A DNA stretch of 53,869 bases, taken from assembly GCA_016198745.1 (NCBI GenBank), contig JACQHZ010000387.1, positions 1 to 53,869 on the forward strand, read 5' to 3'. This document shows, piece by piece, positions 27,688 through 35,666 of the stretch (position 1 is its first letter; every line of letters begins with the position of its first letter). Below the pieces are notes generated by a model that was not told the origin of the DNA, made no database searches, and worked only from the letters and a program-made list of their open reading frames with translations. The translations under genes and the position numbers were made by a program. This DNA is from Verrucomicrobiota bacterium. GTDB lineage: Bacteria; Verrucomicrobiota; Verrucomicrobiia; JABWAM01.

Positions 27688-30600
27688 TGAAAGACCCGCA
27701 GGTCGTGGGCGGGGATTTTTAGTTTCCACTTTTTTGGGACGGCGATCGCATCGCCCGTTTCCATGTTGCGGCAACTTGAAAACGATCCGAATCCGGCCGG
27801 CAGCGTCACGGCGGCATCCGTTTCCTTGTCCGACCAGTTGGCGACGGCCACAAGATAGTCGTCCGTGGCGAGTTTCTTGTAGTAACTCACCTTGATCGAG
27901 GCGGGATCGGCGCGCACATCGTTCGCCCAGTACGGATGGAAGGTTGTGTCCGCCAGGCCAAACGGAATCTCGACCTTGTTCCAGAAGTCTTCCACCGTTC
28001 CGACGGGAATGTAGGCGGGACGAAGGCGGGTGTTGTGCAGGAAGGTGAAGGCGAGGATTTCCCGCGCGTGCGCAACCGTGTTGAGTTCGGGAAGGTAGCC
28101 ATACTGGGGCAGCACGATGTTTTCGACGCCGAACTGCGCGCCAAAACAGCTCCTCCAGCCGAATGCATCGTAACTCTTGTCGCTCTCGGATTTGCCGGGC
28201 AAGGCGCTGGGGTTGCCCTCCAGGCTTTTTTGGAGCACCAGATCGCTGAACCCGAATTTCCGGTCCGGCTTGATCTCCTCGCCGTTGATGGTCATGTCCC
28301 AAAATGAAGCATAGGGCGCACACGCCGCAAAGCTGTGCCCGATGAACCACGGTTTCTTGCCCGGCCCGCGGTGGGTGTCGAAGAGCCAATAAAGGCGTTT
28401 GTAAAAATCGCGGGTGGCCAACGATTCGAAGGTTCCCTCCTGCACGCCATCCTTGGTCAGGTAGGCATGGCCTTTGTCCGGATCAAGGCTGATGGGCGGG
28501 GTCGAGATGTCGAAGAAGAAGCCTCCGAAATCGGGTTCGTGTTTCAGGATTTCCCGCACGCCTCCGGTAAAGAAATCCGTGTACGACCCGCTGGGCGTGG
28601 TGAAGACTTCTTCGCGCGTTTCCATGGGAGTGGTGGCCACCCGGGGAGGAACCGCATCCCAATCCCGCTGGTAGTAGAAATACTCGTCCGTCTTGGTTGC
28701 GTCCTTCTTGGTCTTGATGGTCGCATCGGATGGATACGAGGCGTTCAAGTCTTTGGGGAGCGGGAAATCACGGCGAATGTAATCCCATGGGCAGATGAAG
28801 AAGGCGCCGATGTAGGGGTTGAGCTGCTGTCCGCGGGATTTGGCCAGGGTGATCAGGTCCTTCAGCACCGGCCAACTCCGGGGGGAAGGCTTGCTGTCCG
28901 TCGAGTTCCAGATGGACGCGTGGGTCATCAGGACGTTGTAAGGGGGCGGCTCCGCTCCGTTGCCCGCTCGTACTTCACGCAAGCGCGGGGGCGTTGGTTT
29001 CAGGGGCGTGGCCTGCATGCCGAACTGCAGTTCGAGAGTCGCGGAAACCTCGGACGGCTCGTTGATCAGAAGGAGATTGAGGGTCTTGACCGCACCTTCC
29101 GTTTTCAGGGTGATGCGCGGCTTGGAGGAATTGATCCGCCACCCTTTATAGTTCTCGGCAAAAAAGCTGCACCCCACATCGTCGTTGCCGAGCCAGATCA
29201 GGTGGTATCGGCGGGGAATCTGGAACGTGCGGTCGAGCGCCAGGCCATGCTGCCACCAGCTCCCCTCCCGCCCTTCGGCCGCCATGGCGAGGGAATAGAC
29301 GGCGCCGTCCAAGGGAATCTCAACCCAGAGTCGCTGAACAACGCCCTTCTGCCGGGGGGTGAAGCGCAGGGTCATCAGATGCATGCCATCGAACTCGATG
29401 CGATGCCGAACGGCGAGATCGAAGTCGGGCGCGGAGGCGGACTGTTCAAGTTCCACCCGTCCGCGGGCGCTCGCGCGAACCGTCGGCGCGGAAAGGGGAA
29501 AACGGATTTCCTTTCCGTCGCGGAGATATTTCACCGCGACCGGCGCGGCCAGGAGCGGCCGCTCCTGACTGGTGATGCCTGCAAGGAGACTGCCCTTCTG
29601 CATTCGATGCGTCCGGCCCCACATCGTCACCTCGCCTTCTTTGACCTTCAGCGGCGTCCAACTCGACGGCACCCAGTCCGGGTCCAGCGCCTGAATTCCG
29701 GCCCGGTCCTTGAGCCACGCGGGATCTTCCCATTTACGGAAAGGCGTGGTGGTGGTGAAGACCGACTGCCCCTGCCGGCTCTTCAACTCGAATACGACCT
29801 GGTAATCACCCGGGGACAGGGGCGCCATGGAAAGAGGAATATTCATCTCCTTCCCGGTGATCGGCAGGTCGCGCGAAAGGACGCCCTTTTCTCCCTGTCG
29901 GAACTCGACCCGCAGCGCGCCTTTGTCCTCATCCCTCGCGCCGAGGAAGGCCACCCGCGCTTCCACCAGGTTCTTGCTCGGAATCGGCATGAGAGCGGCC
30001 ACCACTGGCGGAGAGAAGTGGAACGGGACCTTCTGATACCACACCAACTTGCCCCCCAACCGCGCCTCCGTCTCGAGAACGTAGTACCTGGGCGTTTCGA
30101 GTTGTCCGGTGCCGGACTCAGTTTTCGTTTCCCCCGGCTTGAGGGTTCCGGATGGATTCCAAAAATAAACGCTGTGGTCCCGCAACACCTGCTTCGCGCC
30201 AGCGCCCATTTGCTGGTCGAAAATCCATGTGCCCACCGCGCCCTCCACCATCCGGGGCGTGGACACCAGATAAAGCAGTTCGTAGGGCACGTCAGTCGGC
30301 CCGCCGTTGGTGAGCGTAAAGGCAGGGGCCACCACCCCCTGCACGATCTGCTCCGACAATTTCAACCGGGCAACGGCCGGATCCTTCGCCACGCGCAGTT
30401 GTCCAAAAGCCTGGTAGTGGTCGAACCAATTGGCGTGCAGTTGCCAGGCCACCCGGCGATCCTTCAAGTGGACGCCGAAGCTCAGGAGATATGTCCGCTC
30501 CTCGCCGGGCGCAGGCAGCCGAATGTCCTCCCAAGGTACCGAGGCTTCAATCGTCCAAACGCCGTTGTTGATCTTCGACGCGACCTCCCAGTTGCCGTTG

Positions 30601-31145
30601 AGGGTGGTGTCGCGTTTGCAGAAACCCTGCTTCCAATTGATGGTCTCCCAGGCATCGTACAGCATGCCGTTCGATGAGATCCCGACGTAGGCGCCCTCAT
30701 AACCCTGCTCCTCCGGATGCGCATCCGGTCTCAGCATCAGGAAGAGAGCATCCTTGGCGGCCACCAGCGCCTGATCATCGCGCGCCTTGCCACAAGTTTC
30801 CGGCGAGTAACCCGGAGGCAGCGTCATCCGCAGGGCAAAATAAATGCGCTTGGTGTCGCCCGCCAGGAGAAACTCAGCCGGATAGGCATAGAGGTCCGAG
30901 GTCTGGAGATCCATCAGTCCGGCCACTCGGGTTCCATATTCTCCCTCCTCGATGCGACCATCCACCTTTGGCGCGGGACCCGTGGGATTCAGGGTGACGA
31001 GGTTGGGCCTTACGACAGCCGGTGGCGGGGAAGCAGAGTCGGCCGCTCGGGCCGCTAATGGACCCAGCCCAAGGCCGAGGGCGAGCAGGACAAAGAGCGA
31101 ATGGAAGCTCGTTCGCATGCGTTTCATGGGATTCAATTCGTTCAT
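27660..31145 (-). CDS. Large secreted glycan-processing protein (CBM9-like N-terminus, DUF6067-like/GH-like C-terminal barrel)
   Basis: Signal peptide (ARA-AD); APKVDGRIEEGEY..WTIEASVPW; VPSSWTPLKV..WGR; FGMQATPLKP; GGFFFD; FHPYWAN; ATGA overlap with upstream gene. Confidence 0.7.
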   Translation of the reverse strand: MNELNPMKRMRTSFHSLFVLLALGLGLGPLAARAADSASPPPAVVRPNLVTLNPTGPAPKVDGRIEEGEYGTRVAGLMDLQTSDLYAYPAEFLLAGDTKRIYFALRMTLPPGYSPETCGKARDDQALVAAKDALFLMLRPDAHPEEQGYEGAYVGISSNGMLYDAWETINWKQGFCKRDTTLNGNWEVASKINNGVWTIEASVPWEDIRLPAPGEERTYLLSFGVHLKDRRVAWQLHANWFDHYQAFGQLRVAKDPAVARLKLSEQIVQGVVAPAFTLTNGGPTDVPYELLYLVSTPRMVEGAVGTWIFDQQMGAGAKQVLRDHSVYFWNPSGTLKPGETKTESGTGQLETPRYYVLETEARLGGKLVWYQKVPFHFSPPVVAALMPIPSKNLVEARVAFLGARDEDKGALRVEFRQGEKGVLSRDLPITGKEMNIPLSMAPLSPGDYQVVFELKSRQGQSVFTTTTPFRKWEDPAWLKDRAGIQALDPDWVPSSWTPLKVKEGEVTMWGRTHRMQKGSLLAGITSQERPLLAAPVAVKYLRDGKEIRFPLSAPTVRASARGRVELEQSASAPDFDLAVRHRIEFDGMHLMTLRFTPRQKGVVQRLWVEIPLDGAVYSLAMAAEGREGSWWQHGLALDRTFQIPRRYHLIWLGNDDVGCSFFAENYKGWRINSSKPRITLKTEGAVKTLNLLLINEPSEVSATLELQFGMQATPLKPTPPRLREVRAGNGAEPPPYNVLMTHASIWNSTDSKPSPRSWPVLKDLITLAKSRGQQLNPYIGAFFICPWDYIRRDFPLPKDLNASYPSDATIKTKKDATKTDEYFYYQRDWDAVPPRVATTPMETREEVFTTPSGSYTDFFTGGVREILKHEPDFGGFFFDISTPPISLDPDKGHAYLTKDGVQEGTFESLATRDFYKRLYWLFDTHRGPGKKPWFIGHSFAACAPYASFWDMTINGEEIKPDRKFGFSDLVLQKSLEGNPSALPGKSESDKSYDAFGWRSCFGAQFGVENIVLPQYGYLPELNTVAHAREILAFTFLHNTRLRPAYIPVGTVEDFWNKVEIPFGLADTTFHPYWANDVRADPASIKVSYYKKLATDDYLVAVANWSDKETDAAVTLPAGFGSFSSCRNMETGDAIAVPKKWKLKIPAHDLRVFQFAVPAAQR

Positions 31146-31756
31146 TCGGCCGGCGCGAACGCCGCGTCGTCCACCCATAGTTCGCCGTGAACTTCGATCG
31201 CGGGCCGGACCGTGACATCATCTCCCGCGGGCGCCACGCACAGAAAGCGGCATTTCTTCCAATCGGTCTCGCCTTCCAACGAGTAATGGCTGGAGCTGCC
31301 GTCCGCCTCCTCGCGGCTCACCGTCGCCAGCGAAACGGAGGACTTGAAGCCGGCCACGCCGTTCACCTTGTGATAGAAGTACACCCAAGCGCCGGCCTTG
31401 CCCCGTCCTTTCGCCCAGTAGCTGAAGTGATAGCGCGCCCCCGCTTTGACCGGGATGACGGCATCGAGATACAGGTGTCCGGGCAGCGGTTTACCGGCGT
31501 CATCAACCCGGCTCTGCACAAGGCGGACCGAGCATTCGCCGCCCCGGACGAATCGGGGATCGCCCCGAACGGCCTCAATCACCTCAAAGGGATAACCCGC
31601 CGAAGCGTTGACGCGCCACCCCCGCAACACGCCGTTCGCGGTGACATCCTCGAAACCGAAATCGGGTGACGAATCCAGCCCAGCCGTTTCTCGACAAATC
31701 ACCGCCACCGACAATAACAGAAATCCCCGGAATCCTCGTCTCAACCATGACATCAT
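31142..31756 (-). CDS. Secreted CBM4/9-like carbohydrate-binding protein
   Basis: Signal peptide; DFGFE..GW..IPVKAGARYHFSYWAKGRG..DWKK..LWVDDAAF. Confidence 0.7.
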   Translation of the reverse strand: MMSWLRRGFRGFLLLSVAVICRETAGLDSSPDFGFEDVTANGVLRGWRVNASAGYPFEVIEAVRGDPRFVRGGECSVRLVQSRVDDAGKPLPGHLYLDAVIPVKAGARYHFSYWAKGRGKAGAWVYFYHKVNGVAGFKSSVSLATVSREEADGSSSHYSLEGETDWKKCRFLCVAPAGDDVTVRPAIEVHGELWVDDAAFAPAE

Positions 31757-31778
31757 TATTTTTTCCGGTTGCTGGCAA

Positions 31779-32444
31779 TTATTTTCCCTCCCAAAAGGAC
31801 GGACCTCCTGGCGCGGTGTACAACCATTTGCTGTTGTATTCAGACTCGGTCATGCCCGCCACATGGCCATCGCAATAGGCCACATTCATCATTCCGGAGT
31901 GCCGAAAGGCTGGATACCCATAAAAAGCGGAAAGGCTCTGATCGAAGTACAGCCAGAACGCGTAGCGCGAATCGGATGTCAGCGAGTCGGCATCCAGCCA
32001 CATGCACGCCTGGGCGGGATTTGCCAGGCTTTCGGGCTTTCGCGTTGCGTCCGGCGAGGACTTTCCAAAAATAAAGATGCTGTTGTAGCCGATTGTGAAC
32101 TGATTGGCGCCGTCCTTGTAGGTGACCGGGCATATCAGGAATCGGGAATGGCCTGCTGAATCGGCATAACCGGACGAAAGATGACCCAGCGCCAACAGTC
32201 TTTCACTGATCCATTCGGAGGTTGGCGTGGTGAAAAAGGCCGGCGGATAAAATCCATCATTGTCATTTGTGTAAAAAGAAACGGCCAGTGTCAACTGCTT
32301 CAAGTTGTTCACGCAGACCATTCTCCTGGCTTTGTCTCTTGCGCTCTTCAAGGCGGGCGTGAGCAACGCCGCCAGAATGCTGATGATGGCGATCACCACC
32401 AACAGTTCAATGAGCGTGAAGGCCGGGCCATCTCTCCTTCGCAT
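31779..32444 (-). CDS. Prepilin-type H-X9-DG protein (DUF1559-like)
   Basis: PA|[47 protein letters not shown]; alternative start at 32567. Confidence 0.93.
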   Translation of the reverse strand: MRRRDGPAFTLIELLVVIAIISILAALLTPALKSARDKARRMVCVNNLKQLTLAVSFYTNDNDGFYPPAFFTTPTSEWISERLLALGHLSSGYADSAGHSRFLICPVTYKDGANQFTIGYNSIFIFGKSSPDATRKPESLANPAQACMWLDADSLTSDSRYAFWLYFDQSLSAFYGYPAFRHSGMMNVAYCDGHVAGMTESEYNSKWLYTAPGGPSFWEGK

Positions 32445-32465
32445 GAAACTTTTCACTTGTGGCCC

Positions 32466-32529
32466 AACGCGGCGTAACCGCAACCAAAAGATGTGTAGCG
32501 GCGCTTCTGCGAAGCGCCGTCTGCTACAT
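32466..32529. repeat. GTAG-type REP palindrome upstream of, or within, the prepilin leader
   Basis: gtag-cggcgcttc-tgc-gaagcgccg-tctgctac. Confidence 0.7.
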
Positions 32530-32728
32530 CGGGAAAATCTTGTCGAAAATACGCGATTCTTGAACATTGTAGTACAGGTTAATGCGGGCATCCGACGCAG
32601 ACAAGCATCGCTTGGTAGCACCAATCCGATGCCTGCCTCAAGATGCTACTTGCAAAAGCTGAGACGGCCTGCGAGGAACAAGACGGATTTGACCATCCGA
32701 CGCGGGCGCTAAACTTTGCAAACAACCC

Positions 32729-33571
32729 ATGAGTCGTTTCCGGAAACCCGCTGACATGCCGTTCTCGGCTCGTTCTTATTGGGCTGCCGAACATCATCCT
32801 GATGTGCGAAGCGATCTGGTGTACCTCGCCTGGGGGCTGCGCAACTACCGGCGTTCTCCCACTGTGCCGCCACCCCAGAATGCCTGGTCGTACATCGTGG
32901 TGCTCCAGGGGTCCCCCACCATCGTTTTCAAGAATCAGCCGCATCGGCTCTCGCCCAATCAAGCGGTCCTCGCCTCGGTGCATCATGGATTCGAGTGGCA
33001 GGGCGAGGCCGACGCGTATGCCGATCTGTTGGTGTGGATGTGGCGAACGTGTCCCACGGTTGCGGAACTGACGCCGCCCACGGGAGGCTGTCACGTTCAT
33101 TGTCTTCACAAAGAATCGCTTGGGCGACTGCAAGCTCTCCACGCTGTCTGCCGGCAAGAAGTGGCCCGCCCCGATTCGTTGACGCGTCGTTCCCTGCGTG
33201 CATTGCGTGGTTTATTGGATGTCGAGTTCGCCCGCGCCTTTGGGACCGTGTCGCCGAAAACGGACGATCAGGCGCGCGTTGAGCAAGCGGTCCGCCGGAT
33301 GCGCGAGCATCTCGATCTTGCCAATCCCATTTTCATGTTGCGCGACTACCTGCAAATTTCATCCGCCAGGCTCAAACGGCTTTTCGCCGATGCCTTCGCC
33401 GAATCTCCCGCCCGCTATTACCTGCGCTTGCGCATGCAGCGGGCGCAGGAGCTGCTCCAGGATGGAACCCTTTCCGTGAAAGAGATCGCCTTCAAGCTTG
33501 GCTACAAACATCCCAACGATTTCAGCCGCGCTTACAAGACCTTTCACGGCACACACGCCCGCCGTTTTTAA
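32729..33571 (+). CDS. AraC-family regulator, divergent from the prepilin operon
   Basis: Cupin-like N-terminus; LRMQRAQELL..SVKEIAFKLGYKHPNDFSRAYKTFHG. Confidence 0.92.
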   Translation: MSRFRKPADMPFSARSYWAAEHHPDVRSDLVYLAWGLRNYRRSPTVPPPQNAWSYIVVLQGSPTIVFKNQPHRLSPNQAVLASVHHGFEWQGEADAYADLLVWMWRTCPTVAELTPPTGGCHVHCLHKESLGRLQALHAVCRQEVARPDSLTRRSLRALRGLLDVEFARAFGTVSPKTDDQARVEQAVRRMREHLDLANPIFMLRDYLQISSARLKRLFADAFAESPARYYLRLRMQRAQELLQDGTLSVKEIAFKLGYKHPNDFSRAYKTFHGTHARRF

Positions 33572-33630
33572 TCCGCACGACTCGCCTGCGCGGTTGTAAT
33601 TCAATACGCACCGCCCGTGGATTTGAGACT

Positions 33631-35442
33631 TTACTCATGGTTGCTTGTTCCTTTCTTTGTTGGGATTTGCCGGGTTTTTGCATAACCGAGTTTGCGGGAG
33701 CCGTCCACGGACTTCGGCAACAAGAGCGACAAAGCCATCAGTGCATTGGCCAACGGCGTCATCCAGTATTCGCATGAAACACAATCGCAGCGCCCATCGG
33801 GGTCAATGAAGATGCCATCCGCGGCGTCTCCGCGCGGACCGAGACAGAATCCGCCGGGGATCGCGCCCAGAAACCGGCTGTACGGCATCGCGATCCGATA
33901 GCCGACTCCGCTGATCAACGAGGTGTTGAGCGGATTATTACCCATCAGCCAATGCAACTGATCCCAGGCCGCTTCGCGCCAGCGGCCTTCGCCAAGCGCC
34001 GTTCCCGCCAACGCAAGCGCGTGCGCCCAGCTTGTCCAGTGCGCCGAGATGCCGTGGTTGATCTTTTGCGGCGTTTGCGTGTGCATGAAAAATCGAAACC
34101 AACGTCCGTTGTCGAGCGGGTGATACACGTCGCCGGTGGTCGGAGGGTCCCGATACATCGCGTACGGGATGATGCCGAATGGATTCGTGTTCCGCATCGG
34201 CTCGATAAACGCGTCCCAGCACCGCCGCAAGGCGTCCGACGCCTTCGGGGCCAGGGGGTGCGAGGGACCGAGTTCGAGCAACGACGCCGCGGCAAGGAGC
34301 GGCTGCGCGGATTGGAGGATGCCCCGATAGGGTTGCCGCCGCTGCAAATCGAGATGCCAAAAGCCCAGCGTTGCATCTTGCAGATCGAGAACGCGGCGCG
34401 CGGCTTCGGCCACCTCCTCCTTGCCAACCGCGCCGGTGGCGACGAGCCGCAGCGCCGCCAGCAAACGCCACGCGAGCACCGAAGTCCATTGGTGGAATTC
34501 ATCCTGGACGCGTGAAGACATGAACCGCCAGCAGCGAAGGCCGGCATCGGAACACTGGCGCGCGAATTTCGCATCCAGCTTGCAGAACATCTCCGCCGCG
34601 CCCGCAAGAATGGCAATGTTGGTGTACTGGACAATCGGGTTGTATTGAACCCGCACCGTGCGCTCATCGCCCGAATTAGGCGCGTTGTCGGTGAAATGGT
34701 TCTCCTCGTTGTCGGCGTACACGCCCGCATGGTTCTCGTGCCACCACGTCATCTCCGTTGTGCGCCGACTGTCGCCGCCACCGCCCACGTCTTCGTAGAT
34801 CATTCCCGTGGACGGGTCCTGCATTTTTAAGACAAACCGAAGCCCCCAGATCAATTCATTCAAAAGATCATCCTGAAAAGGATCCTCGCGCCAATGATTT
34901 CCCAACGAAGCCAGGCGCGCGCGTGTGTGCATGAAGGCGAGCGCGGGCAAGGGCGTGGTCGTCATCCACTTGCGGAGATCGCCCGCGTCATGCCAGCCGC
35001 CCACGGCGTCCACGGGTTGCCCATTGTCGGAACGCAGACCGTCGTCGAGGTGACATGGTCCGCGCCATTCGTTTTCGAACGGTCCGCAGCGCTGGCTGTG
35101 GACGTAATCGAGAAAGAGCCGCGGCAGATGCGAGTGCGCGGCATCGGAAATCACAAACGGATACGAATGTCCGGCGTCGCCTGGCAAAACAACCCGATAA
35201 ATTCCCGGCGCTTGAACTTTAGAAAAATCACCAACCGAAAACGCGCCCATGGGACCCCCCCGCCGTTCGAGCCTGCCGCGAAAGATGGCGCGCCAATTTT
35301 CAAATTCGCCGATTGCGTCGCGCAAATGCTGCGACACATCCTGGATTTCAAACTCCGCGGCCTCGCAACCAGGCACGACGCATCGTTTCCGAGCGCCGCA
35401 TGGAAAACCGACCTGACTCACCAGGACGTTGGGCATGTTCAT
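33631..35442 (-). CDS. GH9-family glycoside hydrolase (Ig-like plus (alpha/alpha)6), no signal peptide
   Basis: VSQVGF CelD-N start; DAVGGWHDAGD; WLMGNNPLNTSLISGVG. Confidence 0.82.
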   Translation of the reverse strand: MNMPNVLVSQVGFPCGARKRCVVPGCEAAEFEIQDVSQHLRDAIGEFENWRAIFRGRLERRGGPMGAFSVGDFSKVQAPGIYRVVLPGDAGHSYPFVISDAAHSHLPRLFLDYVHSQRCGPFENEWRGPCHLDDGLRSDNGQPVDAVGGWHDAGDLRKWMTTTPLPALAFMHTRARLASLGNHWREDPFQDDLLNELIWGLRFVLKMQDPSTGMIYEDVGGGGDSRRTTEMTWWHENHAGVYADNEENHFTDNAPNSGDERTVRVQYNPIVQYTNIAILAGAAEMFCKLDAKFARQCSDAGLRCWRFMSSRVQDEFHQWTSVLAWRLLAALRLVATGAVGKEEVAEAARRVLDLQDATLGFWHLDLQRRQPYRGILQSAQPLLAAASLLELGPSHPLAPKASDALRRCWDAFIEPMRNTNPFGIIPYAMYRDPPTTGDVYHPLDNGRWFRFFMHTQTPQKINHGISAHWTSWAHALALAGTALGEGRWREAAWDQLHWLMGNNPLNTSLISGVGYRIAMPYSRFLGAIPGGFCLGPRGDAADGIFIDPDGRCDCVSCEYWMTPLANALMALSLLLPKSVDGSRKLGYAKTRQIPTKKGTSNHE

Positions 35443-35495
35443 GGAATGGGTTGTTGAGTCTGTACTAAGCGGTTTGTATTTAAAGACACAGGCGT

Positions 35496-35625
35496 CATAG
35501 GAATGGGAGAAATGGATGGGGAGCGCATGCGTCCCGCGTGCTTTAAATTGGCGTCCCGCCGATTTTCCACCGGGGCATTGGCTGGCGTGACGCCAGCCAA
35601 AACACGCGGGACGCGTGTGCTCCCC
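35496..35625. repeat. REP doublet (inverted pair)
   Basis: gggagcgcatgcgtcccgcgtg ... cacgcgggacgcgtgtgctccc; second copy at 13-98. Confidence 0.85.
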
Positions 35626-35666
35626 TCTAAATCTGTTGCCAATATTTCCATCTGATTGGTAAATTG

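Noticed and set aside
28335-30677. 780-aa plus-strand ORF, and similar long ORFs at 1978-3123, 8567-9790, 40262-41272, 46942-48024 and 51564-52592
   Set aside because: Antisense shadows of well-supported genes in GC-rich DNA; no recognisable motifs.
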